NCBI GenBank assembly: GCA_038893995.1
Contig: JAWAQK010000001.1
Location: 1-64,000, forward strand
Source: Candidatus Thorarchaeota archaeon
GTDB lineage: Archaea; Asgardarchaeota; Thorarchaeia; Thorarchaeales; Thorarchaeaceae
DNA: 64,000 nucleotides
Direction of reading: 5' to 3'
The position numbers were made by a program, and so were the translations under genes. Position 1 is the stretch's first letter. Every line of letters starts with the position of its first letter. The notes under the pieces are model-generated. The model saw only the letters and a program-made list of their open reading frames with translations. It was not told where the DNA came from and did not search any database. Below are positions 29,078-38,629 of this stretch, piece by piece.

Positions 29078-29896
29078 TCAGTGATGGGCGCGGACCACTT
29101 CGAGTCCGATTTCATCAAGCACTGGCAGGAACCTCTCTCTCTGAACGGCACTCGTCCCCTTCCAATCGATGAGGGCCACGCGCGTGGCATCAGCTGATTT
29201 CCTGACCATCTGTTTCACCACGTCAGGGCTTATGGCGTCAAGGACATGCTTTGATGCAATGTGACCTATGTTGTAGGAACCACCAAGTACCAGCTTGGTG
29301 AACTTGGATGCGTAATGGGGGCCACCAAACCCCACCGCAGATGAGGTGCCCATCGGTGAGCTACCACAGGCGACGATGGCCTCAGCCACGGCGCTAGCAC
29401 CTTCTCGGTCTGCCCAGTGAGTCTCTGTACTGCCGAGTTCCACGAACACGAGCGGCGTCTTCAGACCTGTTGGACCGTGGTGTGTCACTTCCAGGGTCAC
29501 ATCAAACTCGTCCAGACCCCTCATCTGTTGCTGTTCGTATAGCGTCCTCAAAGCAACCGAGACCAAAGATGGTGCGGAGAATGACAGGGTCTCCGGAAGA
29601 CCTCCGAGTGAGACATCAGTCGCGAAATTGCCCGTGCTGTGAACTAGCAATGCAGGCCTACCAGATTCTGACCTGTGACGGGAACAGAACACAAAGGCCT
29701 CTGCCTCAAAATGCTCGTCAAGGTGTTCACAGTATATCAGGTCGCGATTCGTAGTTATCAGAAGCATGTCCCCTCGCCTGTACACGGGATTCCCCTCGAA
29801 TAGGTCACCAGTGTCCCTGAAGCCGTGTTCCTCGATCAGGGCCTGATGTATCGTCTGACTGGCCAGGTCCTTCTCAGAACACACCAGCACCCTCAA
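29078..29896 (-). CDS. dtdA: D-aminoacyl-tRNA deacylase (archaeal DTD2)
   Basis: SRHRS, VHSTGN, LEVTHHGP, FVELGS.E..W, GFGGPHYA and IDWKG motifs. Confidence 0.93.
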   Translation of the reverse strand: MRVLVCSEKDLASQTIHQALIEEHGFRDTGDLFEGNPVYRRGDMLLITTNRDLIYCEHLDEHFEAEAFVFCSRHRSESGRPALLVHSTGNFATDVSLGGLPETLSFSAPSLVSVALRTLYEQQQMRGLDEFDVTLEVTHHGPTGLKTPLVFVELGSTETHWADREGASAVAEAIVACGSSPMGTSSAVGFGGPHYASKFTKLVLGGSYNIGHIASKHVLDAISPDVVKQMVRKSADATRVALIDWKGTSAVQRERFLPVLDEIGLEVVRAHH

Positions 29897-29911
29897 ACAG
29901 GACCATCCCCA

Positions 29912-31159
29912 TCAACTACACTTGTCAAGTAGGGGCTCGAGAGTTTCGCCCATCTCGATTGTCACTTGCTCTTTGAAGAACTTCAGTATGTCTGATTCTA
30001 TTGCGGCCTTGAATTCCTTCAACTTGTCCAGCTGACGCCGTATCTCGTCCTTGACACGGAGAAGATCGTTGGTGTGGTACTCAAGATTCTTCTTTGCCTC
30101 CTCGTATCTTCCCTCAAGCTTGGCAACAGCGGCATACACCTCAGAACCTGCGAACGCCCTTCTCCGTTCATCTAGTGCTCTTGCCTCCATCTGAAGACTC
30201 CTGAGGCTGCCTGCTCGTATCTCGTCGATCTCTTCTACTGTCCTTCGCTCGAGTCGTCGGTCCTTGAGGGGGAGTGTGCCCTTGAGGACTGATTCCTTCA
30301 CTGCACCCAGACCCTCGCAGAGCGCTGGATAGCCGTCCGCATCCGCTAGGATCGCCTTTAGCGGTTGTTCAAAGTACTCTGTCAGTGCCTTCTGACCGTC
30401 AGGACCTATCCGCACGCCCGTGTCATGCTGCATGAACTTCTTGACGGGCTTTCTCAGTGTGTTCAACCTCATCCTAAGGAGACCCTGGATTCGGTCCGCC
30501 TCAGCATCCAGATTCAGTATCTCCGACACATTGGATCTTGCCTTGAAGTCATTGAGTTCCCGTTCTGCGGCCCCAAATTCGGCACGTGCCTGCTGGAGCT
30601 TCTCGCATATCTGTCGGACACTCTCTGCATATTGCTCCTTGCCGAGTGTTATCTCTTCAAGAGCCTTGATTCGACCACCAATCCTCTCGAGGTCCTTCAC
30701 CCAGCTGAACTCGTATAGCAGAGAACCGATAGTCTTCATCTCTTTCGACAGTTCGCCCATGTAGACATCAAGCTGCTTTATGGTACTCTTGTGACGCTTG
30801 TCCATCCGACGTATCCATCTGGCACCTGCCCCCCAGAGTTCCTGTATGAATCTCTGTATCTCTGCCATCATGGCCTCCGTATTCTCATAGGTGATCTCCC
30901 TCTTGATGTCGAAGTTGGTCACTATCTCATCGACCTTAATGGCAAAACGCGTGGAGATCCCTGCAGTCTCTGGGTCCTCTGAGTCTGTGTCATCTTTCAG
31001 GTCACGGGCCGCGATCTGTATCTCCTTCAGCGATCGCTCCACGACCTTATAGCTCTTCTCAGCCCGTCTGACGAATTCTTTCGATCTGTCAGCCAGTTGC
31101 TTGTGGTACCAGCTCATCAGCTTTGGAATAGTAAGGGTGACCATATCCTCGCACACCAA
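29912..31159 (-). CDS. coiled-coil-rich hypothetical protein
   Basis: 415-aa E/K/R/L-rich helical ORF. No catalytic motif seen. Confidence 0.8.
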   Translation of the reverse strand: MVCEDMVTLTIPKLMSWYHKQLADRSKEFVRRAEKSYKVVERSLKEIQIAARDLKDDTDSEDPETAGISTRFAIKVDEIVTNFDIKREITYENTEAMMAEIQRFIQELWGAGARWIRRMDKRHKSTIKQLDVYMGELSKEMKTIGSLLYEFSWVKDLERIGGRIKALEEITLGKEQYAESVRQICEKLQQARAEFGAAERELNDFKARSNVSEILNLDAEADRIQGLLRMRLNTLRKPVKKFMQHDTGVRIGPDGQKALTEYFEQPLKAILADADGYPALCEGLGAVKESVLKGTLPLKDRRLERRTVEEIDEIRAGSLRSLQMEARALDERRRAFAGSEVYAAVAKLEGRYEEAKKNLEYHTNDLLRVKDEIRRQLDKLKEFKAAIESDILKFFKEQVTIEMGETLEPLLDKCS

Positions 31160-31452
31160 TCAACTACGCGCCGGCCAGCGCAACATATCAATCTTGCGAA
31201 CAGCAGAGCGTTGTACGTCCAGGATCTCACCTGTGGAGTCTCGACCCACGATCCCATCCTGACCCACCTCTGGAACTTCTGGGCGACGACATCTGTGGTC
31301 ATCTGTCGGCAGTCGCATGCCGTAGGTCTGAGTCTCAGACGCTGAGGAGCCTCACAGAATTGCCGCGATCAGGAGGTCGTGATGTGTCTGACTGGAGTCA
31401 GGACTCTCGGGGTCCAGTATGGTAGACGCATGCGGTGTAAGCATAGTCTGGC

Positions 31453-31884
31453 TCAATCATCGAGTGATGACATGTGACCAATCAACGCATGAGCAACCGG
31501 AGAGAGGGACGCAGGAACGCCCCTGCGCTGCATACTACCTCCCGTGAGTAGGCCAAGCTCAGTCAATACTCTGAGGTTCGACTTTACCGTGGAGTAGGGG
31601 ACTCCAAGCATGCGGGACAATCGGTCAGCCAGTGAAGTCAGAGTAAGACTGTGTTGACGAAGACACTCTGCGCTAGTCACCAAGAGTGTCTTTTGCAGGT
31701 TGGTAAGAAACTTCGTTGCAAAACTCACGAGGGAGAGAAGGAACGATTCGGAAGTCAGTCCCTGTGAGTCGTCGCATGATAGGCGACTGCCAGTTGAGTC
31801 GATACTATGGCACTCACTCGGACGTCGAGCGACAGACCCAGTCTCACTAATAGACCCGACGCTGATGGGCCGAGAACTCTGCAC
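31453..31884 (-). CDS. putative winged-helix DNA-binding protein
   Basis: TLTSLADRLSRMLGVPYSTVKSNLRVLTELGLL is a wHTH pattern. The N-terminus and start are uncertain. Confidence 0.55.
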   Translation of the reverse strand: MQSSRPISVGSISETGSVARRPSECHSIDSTGSRLSCDDSQGLTSESFLLSLVSFATKFLTNLQKTLLVTSAECLRQHSLTLTSLADRLSRMLGVPYSTVKSNLRVLTELGLLTGGSMQRRGVPASLSPVAHALIGHMSSLDD

Positions 31885-31965
31885 TCCTGCCCATTTCGTT
31901 GTTTCACCTCGCAGACGAGCTCTCGGATCAAGCGCCCTAAATAGTTGTGGTCAGGTCATCAGGAC

Positions 31966-32460
31966 CTAGCCAATGTCCTCTGGTACCTCTAAGCCCATGC
32001 TCCTCAGCCTGGCGAATCCGTCGCTGAATAGACTCATGTGATGACGGATGTCCTCTTCCGTGTCAGCCAACGCAGAGAGTGAGATTGCCACGTCGTCCAT
32101 ACCGCTCTCCTGGTACTCGTGTATCAGATCATCGATCAGGTCGCTGAGTGCCATTATCTGACGAGCAATGGTATCGTTTAGGTCGATCATACTCTGGACG
32201 ATCTCAGCACTCTCGGGATCGGGCATCAGTGGGACAAAGTCCTCAAGGGCGATACCAGCCTGTCGACACTTGTCGAGTCGGCCAGGGATCACTTCGTCGC
32301 GCATCTTGTACATCCACCCCAGTCTCTCACTGCTCGTCAGGTCCCTGAGATTCTCAGCTGAGAAGTATGCCGTCCAGGGTCCGTACTCGCTGCTCTCATA
32401 GAAGACCCAATCGTCGAATGCCTGAAGTACTCGTTTCCATCCTTCCTCCATCTCTGACAC
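31966..32460 (-). CDS. acidic helical hypothetical protein
   Basis: Start moved to GTG 32460 (MSEMEEGW...) to avoid overlap with the divergent gene. A TATA box lies at 32495-32501. Confidence 0.7.
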   Translation of the reverse strand: MSEMEEGWKRVLQAFDDWVFYESSEYGPWTAYFSAENLRDLTSSERLGWMYKMRDEVIPGRLDKCRQAGIALEDFVPLMPDPESAEIVQSMIDLNDTIARQIMALSDLIDDLIHEYQESGMDDVAISLSALADTEEDIRHHMSLFSDGFARLRSMGLEVPEDIG

Positions 32461-32494
32461 GAACGACACCCAAAAGGAGTTACCGCAATCTGGG

Positions 32495-32501
32495 TTATAA
32501 A
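32495..32501. promoter_or_regulatory. putative shared TATA box between divergent genes
   Basis: TTATAAA about 25 nt before ATG 32527 (+). It reads TTTATAA on the minus strand about 35 nt before 32460. Confidence 0.5.
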
Positions 32502-32526
32502 CCAGGGCACACGAGGGAAGCATGCA

Positions 32527-33186
32527 ATGAGTGAGCTTGCTCGGTTGATACTGGATATCCTCGGCGGGAAGAGAGTTCCACATCCGACGTCGCTGGACCG
32601 ATACGACGAGGAGGTGCTGAACCAGCTGGGGATCACGACAGTAGGTCAAGGGGAGATTGACGGCAACAAGAAGGTACAGCTTGCATTTATCGCGATTCAG
32701 GAGGGTGTCGAACCGGAGGAGGTCCTGAAATACCTCACATGGAAAGACTTCGAACACTTTGTATCGGGAGTCTTGGACGAGAACAGATACAGATGCGTGG
32801 AGCGACTACGTCTCAAGGGAACTGGGTCTACAAGAGGTGTGGAGATAGATATTACCGGCGTGCGAGAGAACCGAATCCTTGCGATCGACGCCAAGAAATG
32901 GAGGGCAAGACGTGGCAGATCCTCGGTCATTGCCGCCGTAGCACTTCGTCAGGAGTATAGAGCGAGGTACCTGTCACAGTCGATCGACAAAGTATCCGGC
33001 CGTCTGGCCCTCAGGCCAGGTCGTTACCTCATCTATCCGGTCGTTGTCACATGGTATTCTGAAGACATTCAAGTGTACGAGGGAGTGCCCATTGTGCCCG
33101 CTTTCAAGCTAAACTCGTTTCTACTGGAACTTGACGAACTTGCGGACGTACTTCTTGTCCACGAGGCAGATGTGACAGCGCAGTGA
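32527..33186 (+). CDS. PD-(D/E)xK restriction-endonuclease-like (Mrr/NERD-like) protein
   Basis: WKDFEHFV...EIDITG...AIDAKKW motif. Confidence 0.8.
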   Translation: MSELARLILDILGGKRVPHPTSLDRYDEEVLNQLGITTVGQGEIDGNKKVQLAFIAIQEGVEPEEVLKYLTWKDFEHFVSGVLDENRYRCVERLRLKGTGSTRGVEIDITGVRENRILAIDAKKWRARRGRSSVIAAVALRQEYRARYLSQSIDKVSGRLALRPGRYLIYPVVVTWYSEDIQVYEGVPIVPAFKLNSFLLELDELADVLLVHEADVTAQ

Positions 33187-33208
33187 CTGGCTGGCGACAG
33201 TATCGCCA

Positions 33209-34168
33209 TTGGAAGACCCGTCAGCGTTGCGACACCTTAAAGACACATGGTGCCAAGCAGCACCCCGCCTCGGAGGAAGCTGTGTGTTCTTCGGCGTTTC
33301 ATATCAGGAGAATGTGAACAACGAGGTAACCAAGAGTCTGATGGATGCCATCACCGAGAGGGGTCACAGGGTGAAGCCCTTCAGGCTCCAGGACATCGCA
33401 GCACATCTACCCGACAGATTCGTCCATCTCGAGGACGAGGACGTGAGCGACCTCAACGGTCTTGTCGTACGTACAATAGGTTTCGGGACCGGTGACCAGA
33501 TCACGTACCGAATCAGTCTGCTCGAACACATGGAGTTGGCAGGCATATACGTCATGAATCCAGCCTACTCATTCCGTAGGGCAAAGGACAAGTATGCAAC
33601 GCTGGTCACACTGCAGCACGCAGGCATCCGTGTTCCCCGGACCTTCGTGGGTGAGAACCTTGAGGCGGCAGTCCAGTTTGTGAACGATGTAAAGGACGTG
33701 GTAGTCAAGCCCATGATAGGATCACGCGGTATGGGTGCACTGAGACCAGAAGTACCGGAACTCACGTATCGGGCGCTGAAATTCATCCACCAGCTTGGTC
33801 AGATACTCTACGTCCAGGAGTACATCAAGAAGCCCGACCGCGACATAAGGGCATTTGTGGTTGGTGGAAGGTTGATCGGAGCCATGTACAGATACGTGAA
33901 AGACGCCTCCAATGAGTGGAGGACAAATGTCTACGAGGGCGGAAAGGCCGTCGCCACGCGACTGGAGTCGGAGTACGAGGAGTGTGCCATTAGGACCGCA
34001 GACATACTCAAGCTCGACTACACTGGCGTAGACATGATCGAGACTCCCAATGGACCCTGCGTGATCGAGGCCAACGCCGCACCATCGTGGAGCGCACTCT
34101 CGAGCGTGACAGGTGTAGATGTAGCAGGTGCGATTGCAGACCTCCTGATCGAGAAGAGTAGGAGATAG
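33209..34168 (+). CDS. RimK-family ATP-grasp alpha-L-glutamate ligase (MptN/CofF-like)
   Basis: KDKY, VVKPMIGSRGMG, YVQEYI, DIRAFVVG, WRTNV..GG, GVDMI and EANAAP motifs. The true start is probably ~75 nt further in. Confidence 0.9.
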   Translation: MEDPSALRHLKDTWCQAAPRLGGSCVFFGVSYQENVNNEVTKSLMDAITERGHRVKPFRLQDIAAHLPDRFVHLEDEDVSDLNGLVVRTIGFGTGDQITYRISLLEHMELAGIYVMNPAYSFRRAKDKYATLVTLQHAGIRVPRTFVGENLEAAVQFVNDVKDVVVKPMIGSRGMGALRPEVPELTYRALKFIHQLGQILYVQEYIKKPDRDIRAFVVGGRLIGAMYRYVKDASNEWRTNVYEGGKAVATRLESEYEECAIRTADILKLDYTGVDMIETPNGPCVIEANAAPSWSALSSVTGVDVAGAIADLLIEKSRR

Positions 34169-34185
34169 AAGCGTAGCACCTGGAA

Positions 34186-34941
34186 TCAGGAACCTGTTAC
34201 CTCTGAAACTACTGCAGCCACTTGGTCCTTGGACATCATACGGAACTGCCGGTCCTTGGTGCTCACCAGGCCCACTTCAATGGTCTTGGAGCGATCAGAG
34301 ACCTTCTCGGCTGTCTTGCTCTGGCCTGGCTGCAGGATCGCCCTCACGGCCAGCTTGACGGCATCTGTGAGCTGGATACCCTCCCTATACTGTTCGTCCA
34401 GTGACTTCCTAAAGAAGTCCTTGACAGCCTCAGCGTCTCTTCCTATGGCTGCTGCTTTCCAGCCCCAGAAGGAACCAGAGGGGTCAGTCAGATACAAGTG
34501 AGGTCCGTCGTCGTCTACTCCACCCACTAGGAGGGAAACGCCAAAGGGCCTATAACCCCCGTACTGTGTGTACAGCTGTTTGATATCGCACAGGTCCATG
34601 ACAAGGGCATAGATGGATATCGGCTCATTGTAGCTGAGTCTGTTGATCTGGGCCTGAACCCGAGCTCTGTCGATGAGCTTTCTTGCGTCCGCGTGGAGCC
34701 CAGCAATCGCAGTCCCAACGTGGTCATCGATGATCAGTATCTTCTTGAGTGTCTCGAGGTCCGCCAACGGGCTGGGAGGCCGCTTCTCTCCTGCAAGAAC
34801 AACTCCATCAACTGCCTTCACGCCGACAGCCAGTGGACCATGTCTCACGGCCTCTGTAGCATATTCAACCTGATACAAACGACCCTCGGGACTGAAGACC
34901 GTTATGGCCCTGTCATAACCCATGCTCTGCATCGGAAACAT
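34186..34941 (-). CDS. psmA: proteasome subunit alpha
   Basis: GYDRAITVFSPEGRLYQVEYA, GLHADAR, YTQYGGYRPFGVSLL and TDPSG motifs. Confidence 0.97.
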   Translation of the reverse strand: MFPMQSMGYDRAITVFSPEGRLYQVEYATEAVRHGPLAVGVKAVDGVVLAGEKRPPSPLADLETLKKILIIDDHVGTAIAGLHADARKLIDRARVQAQINRLSYNEPISIYALVMDLCDIKQLYTQYGGYRPFGVSLLVGGVDDDGPHLYLTDPSGSFWGWKAAAIGRDAEAVKDFFRKSLDEQYREGIQLTDAVKLAVRAILQPGQSKTAEKVSDRSKTIEVGLVSTKDRQFRMMSKDQVAAVVSEVTGS

Positions 34942-35046
34942 GCTGCGGTGTCGCTCCCATCACTGCTTCAAGACGGACTCATTCAATGTCTGCGCATCCC
35001 GAGGCGATTTAAAAGCTTGCCTGTGTGCCTTCGCTGAGGTCCAATC

Positions 35047-35757
35047 TCATCTCCAGTCGAGACGGATCCTAATACCAGCAGGAGGCCTCGACACTACCTC
35101 TCTGATCTCCTCGGCACTCGGGACTCGCAGTCCAGCAGCCTGGTCACGGCGTACCCCATTCAGTGGGGCATATCTCTGAATGACATATTCGCCACTGTAG
35201 CCCACATCGCTCAGCACAGTGAGTATCGCTTCTATGTCCGCGGGCGCCATCAGACCGGGGACGTATGTCGTCCTGGGCCAGAACTGCACATCGGAGTCCA
35301 TGACGACCCTGATGCTCTCCATCACCTGCGGCCAAGGATTGCGATTCAGTCCGATGACATATGGATATCGGGAGGGGGAGGCCTTTATATCAAACCAGAC
35401 GCTGTCTAGAAAGGGGAGACTCTCCCTCAGGACACTAGGTACGGACCCCTGTGTGTTGAGGTTGATATGCTTGCCAGTTTCCTCCCTGAGGGCGGCTAGT
35501 AGAGCAGGCAATTCTGGATGGATTGTAGGCTCTCCCCCGCTGATACAGAAACCATCACTCATGAAGTCCTTCACCCTCTGGACAATGGACGAGACTGACA
35601 TCTCCTGTCCTGAATCGAGAGGTATCAGGCTTGAGTTATGGCAATATGGGCAGTTGAAATTGCATCCACCAGTGAATATCATGGTGACCGGTAGCCCAGG
35701 TACGTCAGAAAGGCTCACATCAATGATAGTACCTATGCGAAGTTTGGGCTCTCTCAT
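35047..35757 (-). CDS. nrdG: anaerobic ribonucleotide reductase activase (radical SAM)
   Basis: FTGGCNFNCPYCHN, ISGGEPT, DIKA and RTTYVP motifs. A class III RNR is present in the window. Confidence 0.8.
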   Translation of the reverse strand: MREPKLRIGTIIDVSLSDVPGLPVTMIFTGGCNFNCPYCHNSSLIPLDSGQEMSVSSIVQRVKDFMSDGFCISGGEPTIHPELPALLAALREETGKHINLNTQGSVPSVLRESLPFLDSVWFDIKASPSRYPYVIGLNRNPWPQVMESIRVVMDSDVQFWPRTTYVPGLMAPADIEAILTVLSDVGYSGEYVIQRYAPLNGVRRDQAAGLRVPSAEEIREVVSRPPAGIRIRLDWR

Positions 35758-35901
35758 ACCGGAAACATCTGATCATCAGGTCTGCAACACGGGCATTTCA
35801 ATTCATCCAATTGTCAAACGTAGGCGGACGAACGCGCGTCACTGACTGCCACAACAGGGTGATTCCAGAACTTTCAACAGTCACCAGTACTCATGTCACC
35901 A

Positions 35902-36978
35902 TCATCCTGTCGAGATGCCAAGGACTGGGAATACTCTCCGCTTGACCTCTGCCACGTTTCTACGTACCTCTGCCCATGTCTCAGCATCGTCTTGCCATGT
36001 GTTCTCGTGGCTGGGGACGACGAAGGGTCGGCCTGACAGGACAGACATCACCACTGCAGACCCCCACAGCCGAGCCACCTCGCTGTAGCCACCGCCAGAT
36101 AGGACCCCTATTCGGCCTCGCGACCAGCGATGGGCGGCCTCGTGACAGTATTCTGCGATATGACGGATCGTCGCAGTAGTCAGCTTCAGATGGGCCAGCC
36201 TGTCCCTGTAGTGCGCATCGAAACCGGGCAGCAGGAGAATGAACTCGGGTCTGTACCATTCGACTATGGGCGGCACTATCTGATCGAACGCGTACTGGTA
36301 GACTGAGTCACCGGAGTCCATTGGAAAATGCATGTTGATCGTGTAACCCTCGCCCCGCCCAGAACCGATCTCCTCGATCAGTCCTGTGTGGGGGTACATC
36401 CATTCGGGGTCCTCGTGGAAGGATATCTGCATCACGTCCGGATCGTGGTAGAAATACTCCTGGGTCCCATTCCCATGGTGAACGTCAAAGTCAGCAATGA
36501 GTATCCTGCTGAACCCTCTTCTCTTCAGGAGGATTGCTGCAGCAGCAACGTCGTTGAAGACACAGAATCCGCCACCGCCCGTCCTCCGTGCATGGTGAAA
36601 GCCACCAGTGGGAGAGAAGAAGTGGTCCAACACACCTGCGATCACAGACTCAACTCCGGTGATGGTGCCCCCACATGTCATTCGTGCCGTGTCAAGAATG
36701 CCTCGGAAGCCTGGCGTGTCGATCTCGATGTCGCCCAGACCTGTCTGTGATATCATCCTGACTGACTCGATGTATTCCTCAGAGTGTGTTGCCGTAAGGA
36801 GGTCATCAGGAAGGGGGAGTGCGTTTACCATGACGACTTGATCTCCGTCGAGCAGGCCGTGCTCAAGAAGGAAATCACGAACGGACTGGAAACGTCCCCT
36901 TCGTACCGGATGCGTCGTCCCGAAATCGAAACTCTCATACTGAGGACTCCATACGAACCCGACCTTGCAACCAGACAC
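35902..36978 (-). CDS. histone deacetylase/AcuC-family Zn-dependent deacetylase
   Basis: GGFHHA, GFCVFND, DFDVHHGNGT, GFDAH..D and GGGY motifs. Confidence 0.95.
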   Translation of the reverse strand: MSGCKVGFVWSPQYESFDFGTTHPVRRGRFQSVRDFLLEHGLLDGDQVVMVNALPLPDDLLTATHSEEYIESVRMISQTGLGDIEIDTPGFRGILDTARMTCGGTITGVESVIAGVLDHFFSPTGGFHHARRTGGGGFCVFNDVAAAAILLKRRGFSRILIADFDVHHGNGTQEYFYHDPDVMQISFHEDPEWMYPHTGLIEEIGSGRGEGYTINMHFPMDSGDSVYQYAFDQIVPPIVEWYRPEFILLLPGFDAHYRDRLAHLKLTTATIRHIAEYCHEAAHRWSRGRIGVLSGGGYSEVARLWGSAVVMSVLSGRPFVVPSHENTWQDDAETWAEVRRNVAEVKRRVFPVLGISTG

Positions 36979-37043
36979 AGTGAGTTCGTCATCACTTGCC
37001 CCGTTCCAAGCTTATATTGCTTCAGAAGTGACTAGACTGGTTC

Positions 37044-37886
37044 ATGTCACTGCCATCCTCGAGCGGTCTCGAACTTGCTGCAGAGGTACTAAGGGGGAGA
37101 CGTGTGCTTGTCGCCTTCAGTGGGGGCCTCGACAGCTCAGTGCTTGCGGTACTTGCGAGAGACCATGCCGAGAGAGCGGTACTACTGACTGTAGATACGC
37201 CTCTGATATCCGAGGAAGACAGGCTCAATGCAGTCCGAGTGGCACGCGAACTTGGAATGGAACATCTCATTGTGAGTGTTGACTGGCTCCAAGATGATGA
37301 GTTGACCCAGAACAGCAGGGATCGCTGCTACCGGTGCAAGAAGAAACTGGCAAGAATATGGCTCGACGAGGCCGCAAGACTCGGACTTGACATGGTCGTA
37401 GAGGGCACAAGCGCCACCGACATGGCATCGTTCAGACCAGGAGAGAGAGCACTCAGAGAGTTGGGCGTGGAGTCTCCCTTTCTGCGTGCTGGTGTGACAA
37501 GGGCGTCAATCAGGGAGTTTGCAGAGAGGGTGGGACTCTCAGTTGCAGACCGGCCATCGAGCGCCTGTCTCGCTACAAGAATACCCTACGGAGCAAAGGT
37601 CACACTAGACAGGTTGAGAATGATTGAGAGGATGGAGGACTTCATCAGGACCGAGTTCGGAGTCAGGTGTGTCAGAGCGAGGTATCATGGGGACCTTGTC
37701 CGAATCGAGATCGGTGTCGACGAGATGGAGAAGGTGCTCGAACGTTCGATACTGAACAGGATACACGTCATGGCGAGAGGACTCGGATTCGAACATGCTG
37801 CACTGGATGCGGGCGGGTATCGCTCAGGCTCATTTGACGAGTCGAGTCCTGATCCTGGCGACCTCATGGCTAGTGATGACGGATAG
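37044..37886 (+). CDS. larE: ATP-dependent sulfur insertase LarE family
   Basis: PP-loop AFSGGLDSS, RCYRCK, RPG and ACLATRIPYG motifs, and C-terminal GYRSGS. Confidence 0.9.
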   Translation: MSLPSSSGLELAAEVLRGRRVLVAFSGGLDSSVLAVLARDHAERAVLLTVDTPLISEEDRLNAVRVARELGMEHLIVSVDWLQDDELTQNSRDRCYRCKKKLARIWLDEAARLGLDMVVEGTSATDMASFRPGERALRELGVESPFLRAGVTRASIREFAERVGLSVADRPSSACLATRIPYGAKVTLDRLRMIERMEDFIRTEFGVRCVRARYHGDLVRIEIGVDEMEKVLERSILNRIHVMARGLGFEHAALDAGGYRSGSFDESSPDPGDLMASDDG

Positions 37887-37967
37887 TAGCTGCTAGCGAT
37901 AGTGCCAGAGTGTCGGAGCATCTCTCGTGAATGCGAAGAGACATGTGCATTGTAGGAATAGCAATTG

Positions 37968-37974
37968 TTAAATA
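37968..37974 (+). promoter_or_regulatory. putative TATA box of the tusA-dsrE-iscS-iscU operon
   Basis: TTAAATA about 25 nt upstream of the tusA start, a spacing typical of leaderless transcripts. Confidence 0.45.
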
Positions 37975-37998
37975 CACATGTTGATTGGCTATAGTTAA

Positions 37999-38247
37999 GT
38001 GATTGATGTGTCAGCAAGACCCAATGAGGTGCTGGACTGCACGGGGCTATATTGTCCACAACCTCTCTTTCAGACCAGGGAGGCGTTGAACAAGATTGCC
38101 GTCGGGGAGATTCTTGAGGTCCTGGCTGACGATCCAGCCGCGGAGGAAGACATCAAGAGGCTCGTGAAACGCACGGGTCAGGAGATGGTCGGGCTGGAGA
38201 AACTGAAGGATGGAGTGATCAGGTTCCTAATCCGAAAGATACACTAG
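37999..38247 (+). CDS. tusA: TusA/SirA-family sulfur carrier
   Basis: LDCTGLYCPQP and LADDPAAEEDI motifs. Confidence 0.92.
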   Translation: MIDVSARPNEVLDCTGLYCPQPLFQTREALNKIAVGEILEVLADDPAAEEDIKRLVKRTGQEMVGLEKLKDGVIRFLIRKIH

Positions 38248-38252
38248 GAGGA

Positions 38253-38612
38253 ATGTGGGTGGCGACGATACTTTATGTACAGACAAGTGACGATCCAGAG
38301 AGGCAATACTCGCCCCTAGTACTGGCTCAGACTGCAAAGATGATGGACATCCGACCTATCATATATTATCTAGGACAGGGTCTCAGAGTACTGAGAGAGG
38401 AGACTGCAAAGAACCTAAGAGTTGGATCGTTTCCGAGCCTGTACGAGATGCTGAAGAAGACTCTTGAGATGGGAATTGACATCTATGTGTGTGAGGCCTC
38501 AAAGCAGATGCTGGGCTGGACCAGCGTCCAGTTGATGGAGGGCCTCAAGATAGTCGGGGCGGGAACACTTAATGATCTGTCGCTAGAGGCCGATGCGACA
38601 ATGTGGTTCTGA
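38253..38612 (+). CDS. DsrE/F-family protein
   Basis: About 119 aa, with GIDIYVCEAS and IVGAGTL...ADATMWF. Confidence 0.8.
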   Translation: MWVATILYVQTSDDPERQYSPLVLAQTAKMMDIRPIIYYLGQGLRVLREETAKNLRVGSFPSLYEMLKKTLEMGIDIYVCEASKQMLGWTSVQLMEGLKIVGAGTLNDLSLEADATMWF

Positions 38613-38629
38613 GAAGAGGAGGTCTTGGC

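Noticed and set aside
32527-33186. Restriction-modification or defence island around the PD-(D/E)xK nuclease
   Set aside because: No methyltransferase or other defence genes are adjacent, and the neighbours are housekeeping-type.
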